A stretch of DNA of 24,304 bases from Crocinitomicaceae bacterium (lineage in GTDB: Bacteria; Bacteroidota; Bacteroidia; Flavobacteriales_D; Crocinitomicaceae), in the NCBI GenBank assembly GCA_044354735.1, contig JBIKZM010000001.1, positions 1-24,304 of the forward strand. Reading direction: 5' to 3'. The translations under genes were made by a program, and so were the position numbers. Numbering within the stretch: position 1 is the stretch's first letter; every line of letters starts with the position of its first letter. This document shows positions 16,136-24,276 of the stretch, one piece after another. Below the pieces are notes generated by a model. That model was not told where the DNA came from and did not search any database. It was given only the letters and a program-made list of their open reading frames with translations.

Positions 16136-16910
16136 GCGCTAGCTGCTCGATAAAACAAGTCAATTCAATAAAGTCTTCTACACTCAAGCGCTCTGGGCGT
16201 TGCTGCTCAAATTTTGCTGGCAATGGGGCGTCTTTTAACAATACCCGCAAAGAATTGCGCAGCGTTTTACGTCTTTGGTTAAAAGCCACTTTGACGACTT
16301 GGAAATATAACTTTTCATCGCAAGGAAGTGAATTGCGCTCATTGCGTACGCAGCGAATGACACCACTCTTCACTTTTGGTGGCGGAATAAAGACGTGTTC
16401 GTCTACGGTAAAACAATAATGGATGTCATAATAAGTTTGCAAAAGTACGCTGGTGATCCCGTATTCTTTTGAGCCAGGCTTTTGAGCCACTCTCACCGCT
16501 ACTTCTTTTTGAAACATACCCATAATTTGCGGCACCTGATTGCGGTACTCTAGGCACTTAAATAATATTTGTGAAGAAATGTTGTAAGGAAAATTACCCA
16601 CCACAATAAAAGATTCTTCGCCAAATAATTCTGCCGGATTCAAGCGCAAGAAGTCGCCAAAGAGGATGCGCTCAGACTGCGCTGGATAAGCAGCACGTAA
16701 ATAATCTATAGACTCAATATCGACGTCGAGCAGCCATAAATCTATTTCTGGGAGATCCCAAAGGTATTTACTCAAGGCACCCATTCCAGGGCCAATTTCA
16801 AGAACTTTTCGGGTTTGGTCTGTCCAGATGACTTGATTGGCAATCTTCTGACAAGTGCCGGCATCCTTTAGAAAGTGCTGACCGAGTTGTTTTTTGGGCT
16901 TTACAATCAT
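16122..16910 (-). CDS. rsmA: 16S rRNA (A1518/A1519-N6)-dimethyltransferase RsmA/KsgA
   Basis: KPKKQLGQHFL, LEIGPGMGALS, VGNFPYNISS, MFQKEVA, FIPPPKVKS, FNQRRKTLRNSL and RPERLS. Confidence 0.96.
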   Translation of the reverse strand: MIVKPKKQLGQHFLKDAGTCQKIANQVIWTDQTRKVLEIGPGMGALSKYLWDLPEIDLWLLDVDIESIDYLRAAYPAQSERILFGDFLRLNPAELFGEESFIVVGNFPYNISSQILFKCLEYRNQVPQIMGMFQKEVAVRVAQKPGSKEYGITSVLLQTYYDIHYCFTVDEHVFIPPPKVKSGVIRCVRNERNSLPCDEKLYFQVVKVAFNQRRKTLRNSLRVLLKDAPLPAKFEQQRPERLSVEDFIELTCFIEQLALNKD

Positions 16911-17221
16911 TACTTGAATTCTTCAATGAGCGAAAGGGTAGTGCGAAAAGCAGCAAACTTACCTTGGAAATGCAATGAATGGTCTTGCTGCAGCGCAGGG
17001 GCGAATTCTGATTGGTAGTGATCTAGGGTTTGTTGGTCTTTGGCCAAATACATCACGGAATAGGTAAAGCCGCCATCTTCTTCTCCGTTTACCCGAGAAA
17101 GGCGGCATTCTAAAAAGCAACCTGTGTTCAGTACGTCTTGTATATGCGAACCCCTCATGTAGGCCAACCACTCTTGCTCCACCGCTTGATCAATACTGAC
17201 CGTAACATTGTATAGTACCAT
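16910..17221 (-). CDS. DUF4286 family protein
   Basis: 103 aa: MVLYNVTVSID......WLAYM...HI.DVL.TG.F.......V.......TYSV.Y......L..Y....AP.L......F.GKF.AFRT.L. The stop overlaps the rsmA ATG (TAATG). Confidence 0.85.
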   Translation of the reverse strand: MVLYNVTVSIDQAVEQEWLAYMRGSHIQDVLNTGCFLECRLSRVNGEEDGGFTYSVMYLAKDQQTLDHYQSEFAPALQQDHSLHFQGKFAAFRTTLSLIEEFK

Positions 17222-17225
17222 GGTG

Positions 17226-17233
17226 CAAAGGTA
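17226..17233 (-). promoter_or_regulatory. -7 promoter element for the DUF4286-rsmA operon
   Basis: Minus strand TACCTTTG followed by CACC then ATG. A TTTG lies 17 nt upstream (17254-17251). Confidence 0.65.
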
Positions 17234-17283
17234 GCCAAAGCAGCGGATTGCAAAAAATTGAAGGGGGATAAGTAAATATACGG

Positions 17284-17314
17284 TTGATTTAATATAAAAA
17301 TTATAGTACTTTTA
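17284..17314 (+). promoter_or_regulatory. Probable promoter for the T9SS type-A cargo gene
   Basis: TTG (17284-17286), 20-nt spacer, TACTTTTA (17307-17314; one mismatch to TAnnTTTG). Confidence 0.45.
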
Positions 17315-17338
17315 GCCTAGAATCATAAAACATATACC

Positions 17339-18085
17339 ATGAAAAAACTCTTACTTACTGCTTTATTTGCAAGCACTTACGCCCTCTCTTGGGGCCAATC
17401 TTGCACACCAGGCACGAACTTCGTAGACTCTACTTACGGCATTTGGCCAGACACCACACAAAACCTGCCCCCGGCACTACCAAACGTGGCCTACTCTACC
17501 GATATCAACTTCAAAGTGCCTTCAACGGTTACCGCCGAAATCGATCCGAGTGGTCAGTTTGTAGGTTCCGTCATCCAACAATTTACCATTGATGCTGTTC
17601 AAGGCCTACCTCCAGGATTCGATTTTGTTTGTAATGTTTCAACCTGCAACTACCTTGGAGGAGCAAACGGCTGTGCAAATCTTTATGGCACCACAGACTC
17701 AGTAGCTGTATTTCCAATTACTGTAGACATCAATGCAACGGTATTGGTCGTGCTTTTCCCTGGTTTGCCACCAACGCCCGTTACCCAAACGGTTTCTTTT
17801 GACGGCTACAAAATTGTAGTGGGTTCTGGAGGTGTCATCGATCAAGTAATCAATCCACTGAGCTTACAACCAAACCCTGCTGCTTCAACTATTGAAGTCT
17901 CTGGTTTGTTTGCTGGCGGAGCATCTGTAGTCACGCTACGCGACCTTTCCGGGAAAACAATTGAAGTACTCCAAACCAATGCAAGCACCGTTACTTTTGA
18001 TTTAAGTAAATTGGCTAGCGGTAGCTACCTTATTGAGCTTTCCGACACCTTTGGTACACAACAACAAAAATTTGTGAAGCTTTAA
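17339..18085 (+). CDS. Small T9SS type-A sorting-domain-containing protein
   Basis: Signal peptide MKKLLLTALFASTYALSWGQ and a C-terminal domain LQPNPAASTIEV...LRDLSGK...FDLSKLASGSYLIEL...KFVKL (Por secretion tail). Confidence 0.88.
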   Translation: MKKLLLTALFASTYALSWGQSCTPGTNFVDSTYGIWPDTTQNLPPALPNVAYSTDINFKVPSTVTAEIDPSGQFVGSVIQQFTIDAVQGLPPGFDFVCNVSTCNYLGGANGCANLYGTTDSVAVFPITVDINATVLVVLFPGLPPTPVTQTVSFDGYKIVVGSGGVIDQVINPLSLQPNPAASTIEVSGLFAGGASVVTLRDLSGKTIEVLQTNASTVTFDLSKLASGSYLIELSDTFGTQQQKFVKL

Positions 18086-18107
18086 GCCAAAAAACACATA
18101 GTGAACT

Positions 18108-18132
18108 AGGGGGGGCAACTCCCCTTTTTTTT
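18108..18132 (+). terminator. Rho-independent terminator
   Basis: AGGGGGG-GCAA-CTCCCCT stem (7 bp with one G:U pair, GNRA loop) running into T8 (18125-18132), 22 nt after the 18085 stop. Confidence 0.85.
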
Positions 18133-18137
18133 GTGCC

Positions 18138-18734
18138 TTAATTTTGATACAGCCCTCTATCGGCAATAAATTTGGCAACGGGTTCTGTGAGCAAAAAGGA
18201 GCAATCTTTACCTTCCGCTAAACGCTTGCGCACATGACTTGCACTGATGCCTAAAATCGGGACATCATTGACAAATTCAATATTTGGGTGCGCTGCAAGC
18301 AAAGGGTTTTGTTGGTATTCAATGCCCTCTTCAATAAGGCGCGGATAAACAAAAATTTGATGCTTCGCTAAAATTTGCTCCCAGTTATACCACTTATGAA
18401 ATGAGCGCAGGTTGTCTTCTCCAAGCAGCAAACAAAATTCATCCTGAGGATACTTTTCTTGTAAATGGGTGAGTGTGAAGATGGTATAATTGGGCTTAGG
18501 TAAATGAAATTCGATGTCACTCGCTTTGAGATGAGGTGTATCAAAAATTGCATCACGAACCATATCCAAGCGCAGGTGATCTGCGAGCAAGGTCGATTTT
18601 TCTTTGTGCGGATTGTGCGGCGTCACAACCAACCAGACCTGATCGATGGTTGTGTGTTGTGCCATATGATTGGCAATGATCAGATGCCCCACATGTATGG
18701 GATTGAAGGTGCCAAAAAAAAGGCCTATTTTCAT
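18138..18734 (-). CDS. nadD: Nicotinate-nucleotide adenylyltransferase
   Basis: GLFFGTFNPIHVGH, VTPHNPHK, SDIEF.LPKPNYT, LLLGEDNL..FHKWYN, VYPR and ISAS.VR. ATGA overlap with gmk. Confidence 0.95.
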   Translation of the reverse strand: MKIGLFFGTFNPIHVGHLIIANHMAQHTTIDQVWLVVTPHNPHKEKSTLLADHLRLDMVRDAIFDTPHLKASDIEFHLPKPNYTIFTLTHLQEKYPQDEFCLLLGEDNLRSFHKWYNWEQILAKHQIFVYPRLIEEGIEYQQNPLLAAHPNIEFVNDVPILGISASHVRKRLAEGKDCSFLLTEPVAKFIADRGLYQN

Positions 18735-19300
18735 GTGTTGATCAATTGTTGAATAATGTACTCCACCTCATCAATTGCCTTTGTGAGCTCGTCATTGACG
18801 ACCACATAATCGAAGTCTTTGGCATGGCTGAGCTCCTCTGAAGCTTTGGCCAAGCGCAGTTGAATTTTATCTTCGGTATCGGTTTGGCGCTTGCGCAGTC
18901 TTTGCTCGAGCACTTGAATGCTTGGTGGCTGAATAAAAATAGAAACCGCAGTTGTCCGTAGTTTATCCTTGATATTCAAAGCCCCAATTACATCTACGTC
19001 AAAAACGACAACTTTTCCAGAAGACCAAATGCGTTCAAGTTCTGCCTGGAGTGTGCCGTAATACATGCCCGCGTACACCTCTTCCCATTCAAAAAATGCG
19101 CCTTGCTCGATTTGCTGTTTGAAGGCTTCAGGGCTTAAAAAATAATAGTCAACACCATCTTGTTCTTGTCCGCGGGGAGCTCTTGAACAAGCAGAAATAG
19201 AGAATTCCAGTTGCGGATATTTGCGCAGCAATGCGCCTACAATAGTAGATTTGCCTGCGCCTGATGGGGCTGAAATGACTATACTGCGGTTAAAGTGCAT
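18731..19300 (-). CDS. gmk: Guanylate kinase
   Basis: ISAPSGAGKST, FSISACSRAPR..E.DGVDYYF, FFEWEEV..G.YYGT, FDVDV.GA and FDYVVVNDEL. Confidence 0.96.
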   Translation of the reverse strand: MHFNRSIVISAPSGAGKSTIVGALLRKYPQLEFSISACSRAPRGQEQDGVDYYFLSPEAFKQQIEQGAFFEWEEVYAGMYYGTLQAELERIWSSGKVVVFDVDVIGALNIKDKLRTTAVSIFIQPPSIQVLEQRLRKRQTDTEDKIQLRLAKASEELSHAKDFDYVVVNDELTKAIDEVEYIIQQLINT

Positions 19301-19301
19301 T

Positions 19302-20180
19302 TTAAAGTGCGTTGAGAACCTGTTCTTTGATTTTTTCGAGGTGGTCTTTCATGATGACAACCCTTCTTTGGATTTCAGAATGATTGCACTTGCTACCCAA
19401 GGTATTGATTTCACGGCCCATTTCTTGGGCAATAAAGCCCAGTTTTTTGCCAGAAGCTTCTTGGTTCAGTGTTTCCGTAAAATAGTTGAGGTGCTGCTGC
19501 AAGCGCTGCTTCTCTTCTGAAATATCGAGCTTTTCCACATAATAAATCATTTCCTGCTCCAAACGATTGGCATCTATGCGGCTTTCGTCTATTGAAGCCA
19601 AACCTTTCTGAATGCGCTCCTTGACTTGCGCCACGCGCTCTTGCTCGTAAGGCACAATGGTCTTTAGTTCGGTCTGGATATGCGCGAGGTTGTCTAATAA
19701 GTCAGTAGCCAAGCTAAGCCCTTCTTGTTTGCGGAACTTTTGGAGTTGGGAGCAGGCTTGCTGTACTAAGTCTAGGATAAATGCTGATTCAGGTTCTGCG
19801 AGATCTTCAAACTGACTAGTGAGTACGTCTGGCAGGCGCAAAACTAAGGCGAGGTAATCTTCGGTGTTGGTGCCCCAACTTGTATTGATCGCTTTTAGTT
19901 TTTCAAAATACGCAGTAGCTACTTGTTCGTTGATGAGGCCCGCCACTTGGTGTTGTTGGCTCTCAATATAAATACCGAGATCCATTTTGCCGCGCAATAG
20001 GTTTTCGGTAACCAGCTTGCGTATAGGAGACTCTAAATCGCGATAGCTCGATGGTAATTTAAGATTGAGGTCGAGTCCTTTTGAATTGAGCGAGCGCACC
20101 TCGACAGATATTTTTTTATCCTGAAAATGTCCGTTGGCTTTGCCAAATCCGGTCATTGATTGGAGCAATACTTGCGTCAT
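19302..20180 (-). CDS. yicC: YicC/YloC family endoribonuclease
   Basis: SMTGFG, EVRSLNSKGLD, LLRGKMD, RLEQEM.YY.EKLDISEE, GKKLGFIAQEMGREINTLGSK and KEQVLNAL. Start is ATG 20180, or ATG 20192 which overlaps the upstream stop. Confidence 0.93.
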   Translation of the reverse strand: MTQVLLQSMTGFGKANGHFQDKKISVEVRSLNSKGLDLNLKLPSSYRDLESPIRKLVTENLLRGKMDLGIYIESQQHQVAGLINEQVATAYFEKLKAINTSWGTNTEDYLALVLRLPDVLTSQFEDLAEPESAFILDLVQQACSQLQKFRKQEGLSLATDLLDNLAHIQTELKTIVPYEQERVAQVKERIQKGLASIDESRIDANRLEQEMIYYVEKLDISEEKQRLQQHLNYFTETLNQEASGKKLGFIAQEMGREINTLGSKCNHSEIQRRVVIMKDHLEKIKEQVLNAL

Positions 20181-20184
20181 GTTA

Positions 20185-20754
20185 TTAGTCATTGTCAATT
20201 AATAAATCGGCATCTATGCCATCGTTTTGTTCCTTCACAAACCAAGCAATTTCACTCATGATTTGCGCCTTTTGATCGGTTTGTGGAGCGCGTTCCTCTA
20301 CGTATTCTTTGAGCAAAAGTTGAGATTCGAGCAGTAAAGATTCATCGAAAGGACCCGACATATTTTCTATGATGGTCAGGCAATCGATTGCCTCTAGAAA
20401 ATCGCCTTGTGAGGCCAACATGACAAAAAATGGCAAATGCGCATCAAAAGGCAACTTTGAATTCCAAATTGCAGACAAAACAAGGCTGCGATTCGCAGAG
20501 TTCTTTTCCTCTTCAAGATATGTGATGAATTCTTCAACGGCATCTGTGTCTTGAATATCAGCTAAAAAGCCTAAAACAAGTTGTTGTTCGGCGCGCTCAA
20601 GACCTTCCAAACTCTTAAATACTTCTGAAAGAACGCTTGGATGACCGTAATCTTTTAAGATAGCAATAGCTGCTGTAATAGACAGTTGGTCTTTTTTTTG
20701 TAGATGGCCAACCGCTTCTTGCAACTTCTTTTGATTTTTCCTGACAATACTCAT
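20185..20754 (-). CDS. Hypothetical protein, alpha-helical HEAT-repeat-like
   Basis: 189 aa ORF with helix-pair segments (AAIAILKDYGHPSVLSEV; LVLGFLADIQDTDAVEEF; LVLSAIWNS) and an acidic tail. It has its own -7 box and heads the yicC-gmk-nadD run. Confidence 0.75.
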   Translation of the reverse strand: MSIVRKNQKKLQEAVGHLQKKDQLSITAAIAILKDYGHPSVLSEVFKSLEGLERAEQQLVLGFLADIQDTDAVEEFITYLEEEKNSANRSLVLSAIWNSKLPFDAHLPFFVMLASQGDFLEAIDCLTIIENMSGPFDESLLLESQLLLKEYVEERAPQTDQKAQIMSEIAWFVKEQNDGIDADLLIDND

Positions 20755-20901
20755 GATGCAAAGGTAAGGAATTCACCCTCGCTGCGCATCAAATTGCCCT
20801 AATGTGTTACTTTATACAATATTTGGTGTTTATAAAAACAGAAAAAAACCAATTTCAATAGCTGATAATAAATCAACTTTGTAAAAAAAGCTGCATCATG
20901 A
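20751..20901. repeat. 10-bp perfect inverted repeat bracketing the divergent intergenic region
   Basis: TCATGATGCA (20751-20760) and TGCATCATGA (20892-20901). Each copy contains the start codon of the adjacent gene. Confidence 0.75.
20759..20766 (-). promoter_or_regulatory. -7 promoter element for the HEAT-yicC-gmk-nadD operon
   Basis: Minus strand TACCTTTG followed by CATC then ATG. Confidence 0.6.
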
Positions 20902-21866
20902 AAAATTTCTTTTTCCTTTCCTTCATCGCCTCTCTATTGTTCACGGCCTGTGTGCCTTCCAAAAAATACAACGAACTGCTCGAACGCGAAAAATCATGTA
21001 GTGAAGAACTTGCCAAATACAAAAAGAGCAGCAGCGATTACGAAGTACTCTCCAAAGACCTTCAAACCAAATACGACTTAGCAGCTAAAGAAGTGAGCCG
21101 CCTGCGTGGCGACACCAATAATTTAGGCAATCAAATGCGCCTTTTGAAACGCGAAACAGAAACACTCGAGACACAATACCAAACCTTAGAAAGTTCTTTT
21201 GACAAGCTCAAAAACCTCAGCGCCAAAGAAACGGCTACCCTTCAGACAGAACTCGAACAAAAAACCAAAGAACTACAGCGCAAAGAGGATGCCTTATTGA
21301 AATTAGACCAAGAGCTCAAGGCCAAACAAGCCTTACTAGAAGAGCGCGAAAAACGCGTCAATGAACTCGAGGAAGCCATCCGAAAAAAAGATGCAAAAAT
21401 TCAATTGCTCAAAGCACGTGTGGCCAATGCACTGCGTAATTTTGAGAACCAAGGTTTAACTGTGGTTCAAAAAAATGGCAAGATTTACGTGAGTTTAGAA
21501 GCTAAATTGCTCTTCAATTCAGGTTCAACAAAAGTAGAAGATGAAGGTACTGCAGCGTTAGTAGAACTTGCGCGCGTGCTCGAAACCGAACGCGATCTAG
21601 AAATTGTTGTAGAGGGCCATACCGATACCGACAAACTCAATAGCAGTGTATCTCCAAAAAACAATTGGGAGCTTTCTGTTTTACGCGCCACGGCTGTAGT
21701 AGAATTGATGTTGGCCAACTCAAACATGGAGCCAACTCAAATGATGGCAGCTGGCCGCAGCGAGTATCATCCGGTAGACCCGGCCGATAAATCAAAAAAT
21801 CGCCGCATTGAAATCATCATCTCGCCTAACCTCAACGAGTTATTTGAGATCATTTCAAACGACTAA
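20898..21866 (+). CDS. OmpA/MotB-family lipoprotein with a long coiled coil
   Basis: Lipobox LFTA-C, about 160 aa of heptad-rich K/E/L sequence, then a MotB-like peptidoglycan-binding domain (LLFNSGS, VVEGHTD, NWELSVLRATAV, AAGRSEYHP, NRRIEII). Confidence 0.87.
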   Translation: MKNFFFLSFIASLLFTACVPSKKYNELLEREKSCSEELAKYKKSSSDYEVLSKDLQTKYDLAAKEVSRLRGDTNNLGNQMRLLKRETETLETQYQTLESSFDKLKNLSAKETATLQTELEQKTKELQRKEDALLKLDQELKAKQALLEEREKRVNELEEAIRKKDAKIQLLKARVANALRNFENQGLTVVQKNGKIYVSLEAKLLFNSGSTKVEDEGTAALVELARVLETERDLEIVVEGHTDTDKLNSSVSPKNNWELSVLRATAVVELMLANSNMEPTQMMAAGRSEYHPVDPADKSKNRRIEIIISPNLNELFEIISND

Positions 21867-21897
21867 ATTTACTGATTGTATTGTCGATTAAAGCTGC

Positions 21898-24276
21898 TTA
21901 ACGGATGATATTGACGTGTCCGTATAAATCTTCAAAGATGCCTTTTTCGACTTCGTAGATGAGATACCAAGTATAAGTTCCATCTTGAACCGGTGTTCCC
22001 TCATAGCTGGCATCCCAGACAAAATTCAGTTCATCAGAAAAGAAGACTTCTTCTCCCCAACGGTTAAAGATGTAGAAACGTGCACTCATGAGCCCAATAA
22101 AGCGGCCATAAAAATATTCATTGAGCCCATCGCCGTCTGGCGTGAATGAATTGGGTAAGTAAATATAGCGTTCAGGCGCAATATCGATCCATTTAGAAAC
22201 ACTGTCGATACAGCCCTTCTGGTCGGTGGCAATCAGGGTAATTTCATACGCCCCTTGCTGTGTATACAGGTGTGTCGGATTGACTAAAAAAGAACCATTC
22301 CCGTCGCCAAAAGACCAAGTATAAGACCACGCGTTCATGGAGCCGTTCTGCAACTGTACTGGTAGGCCTTGCATCGGCGCTTGAGTGAGGATATAAAAAT
22401 TAGCAAGCGGCTTCACCACCTGTACCGTAGCCACTGCAGCTGTGCTGAATGTTTGACACTCATCGCTGACCTGCACAAAATAAGAGGTAGAAGCTTGTGG
22501 CGCAACAGAGATTTGTGGCGTAGTTGCTGTTGTAGACCAGTTATAGTAGTAAGTGCCATAACCTCCACTGGCCGTTACCAATATGTCTGCGGTGTCACCA
22601 GGGCAAATTTCAAATGGACCGTTCATCTGTAATACAAGTGGTGGGCTTAAGATAGTATACGAGATAGAGTCTTGAACTGAAGAGCCACAATTATCCAAAA
22701 CCGAAATATTGTAAGTGCTGGTACTGCCCGGATTCACTATAAGCGAATCTGTAGTGCCACTCACCACGTTGTTGGTGGTCCAAATATAGGTGTATTGGCC
22801 CGAACCGCCGCTGGCCTGTACGCCAATTGTAGCGGGTACATACGGACAGATTTCGGTAATGTCTGGGCTAGTTAAAACGGTCAGTGGACTGAAAACCGGA
22901 ACACTGACTACAATTGTATCATAGGCCGGAACTCCCGTGCAGGCGTCTGTTACTTCGAGCCAAATTGCTTGGGTACTCGCAGGCGTTAATGAAATGCTAC
23001 CGGTTGTTTCACCTGTACTCCAAAGGTAAGTGTAGGGCTGAACGCCGCCGCTAATTTGTGAGTTAATGACAATAGGATCGCCAGGGCAACTGATATTAGT
23101 AGTACTCAGGGCAACTTGCATAGGCTGGTTGTCTTGGATCCAAAGATCAAGGACTAAAGGTGTGACATTGCCACAAGGATCGGAAATCGGAAATGTTAAT
23201 GTGAGCGTTTCTAGACCTTCTAGCAAAGCGTCGGTAAGGGTCTGAATGGTAAAACTCACGGTTGTTTGGCCAGGCGTAAAAGTAATACTTGTTGGGATGC
23301 CATTGTAATCTTGTCCGTTGGTGGCGGTACCGCTGAGTTGAACAGGAATCGTGAGGCTTTGAGTGAGATTGGTCTGACGCGTAAGTGTAACGTTCGCACT
23401 TACGCAACCCTCGGCCATCCAATCTGGATTTGCAAAAACCTGCTGAGATAGGGTGTGGTCAATTTCAATAGGCGTAAGTGTAGAAAGGCTATTGCCCTCG
23501 AGAAAGATGCCGGAATCCCACTGACCATCGCCTACATCTGCAATGGCAAGAATGAGGTGATAGGTTTGTCCGCACTGTACTTTAGAAATCGCCTCAAGTA
23601 CTTTTGTAAAGCCATCGTATTGGATATACTGTGCACTCTGGTTATAGGGTGGCGAATTGCCATCGCCGTTGTTGACAAAATAAAAAGGGTTGATATTGCC
23701 ATTGACATTATTGATTGAAACGACAGCGCCGTTTGGAAGCTTGGCTATATTCTCAAAGCCAGTGATGCCAGGCCCCGATATAAAGAAACCAAAAACGTCG
23801 TTGTAGGTGGTGTTATTTGGTGGCGCAAATTCTGGGTATTCATCCGAACCAAAGACATATTTGAAACGAACGGTGTCTGCATACGGAATAAAATCAAACT
23901 CTAAGATGGCGGCATTGTAGGTTTGGGTGCCTTGAATGAGTTGCGAAAGCAGTGTGAAGCCCCCCATGTTGTTGTCTACGCCAGCGCCCGGTGTATCATT
24001 GGGGCCTTGTGGGCCATCGCCATTGGGTAAAGTAGTGCCCGTGGTGAGAACGATTCCGTTGTTGATGCCGAGGGTGGTGTTGGCTGCCGTAAATTGGGCA
24101 ATGGCCACAGGGCTTCCGTTGTAGCTTACATTAGAAACCGTGACACCATTACCGAGCAGTACATTTTGAACCAAGCCCTGCGGATTGAGGGAATTATTGG
24201 TAATAAGTTGGGCATAGCAATTGACCAGGAATAAATTCCCGAACAACAACAAAAATATACCCAATCGTAAAGTCAT
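21898..24276 (-). CDS. T9SS type-B cargo: choice-of-anchor L + Calx-beta-like + SprB-like repeats + PKD + gliding-motility C-terminal domain
   Basis: Signal peptide; GIVLTTG...LEFDFIP...YVFGSDEYPEF...NDVFGFFISGPG...NIA (choice-of-anchor L); GTATNGQDY...ITFTPGQT...D...EG.ET (Calx-beta-like); three SGG..Y.Y.W repeats; WSFGDG PKD; IYLPNSFTPDGDGLNE...IFNRWGE...WD...GHVNIIR. Confidence 0.87.
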   Translation of the reverse strand: MTLRLGIFLLLFGNLFLVNCYAQLITNNSLNPQGLVQNVLLGNGVTVSNVSYNGSPVAIAQFTAANTTLGINNGIVLTTGTTLPNGDGPQGPNDTPGAGVDNNMGGFTLLSQLIQGTQTYNAAILEFDFIPYADTVRFKYVFGSDEYPEFAPPNNTTYNDVFGFFISGPGITGFENIAKLPNGAVVSINNVNGNINPFYFVNNGDGNSPPYNQSAQYIQYDGFTKVLEAISKVQCGQTYHLILAIADVGDGQWDSGIFLEGNSLSTLTPIEIDHTLSQQVFANPDWMAEGCVSANVTLTRQTNLTQSLTIPVQLSGTATNGQDYNGIPTSITFTPGQTTVSFTIQTLTDALLEGLETLTLTFPISDPCGNVTPLVLDLWIQDNQPMQVALSTTNISCPGDPIVINSQISGGVQPYTYLWSTGETTGSISLTPASTQAIWLEVTDACTGVPAYDTIVVSVPVFSPLTVLTSPDITEICPYVPATIGVQASGGSGQYTYIWTTNNVVSGTTDSLIVNPGSTSTYNISVLDNCGSSVQDSISYTILSPPLVLQMNGPFEICPGDTADILVTASGGYGTYYYNWSTTATTPQISVAPQASTSYFVQVSDECQTFSTAAVATVQVVKPLANFYILTQAPMQGLPVQLQNGSMNAWSYTWSFGDGNGSFLVNPTHLYTQQGAYEITLIATDQKGCIDSVSKWIDIAPERYIYLPNSFTPDGDGLNEYFYGRFIGLMSARFYIFNRWGEEVFFSDELNFVWDASYEGTPVQDGTYTWYLIYEVEKGIFEDLYGHVNIIR

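Noticed and set aside
18714-18721. A8/T8 homopolymers in nadD, the HEAT-like gene (20692-20699) and the AddB-like gene (10804-10811) as phase-variation tracts
   Set aside because: They are short, in-frame Lys/Phe codon runs in intact genes.
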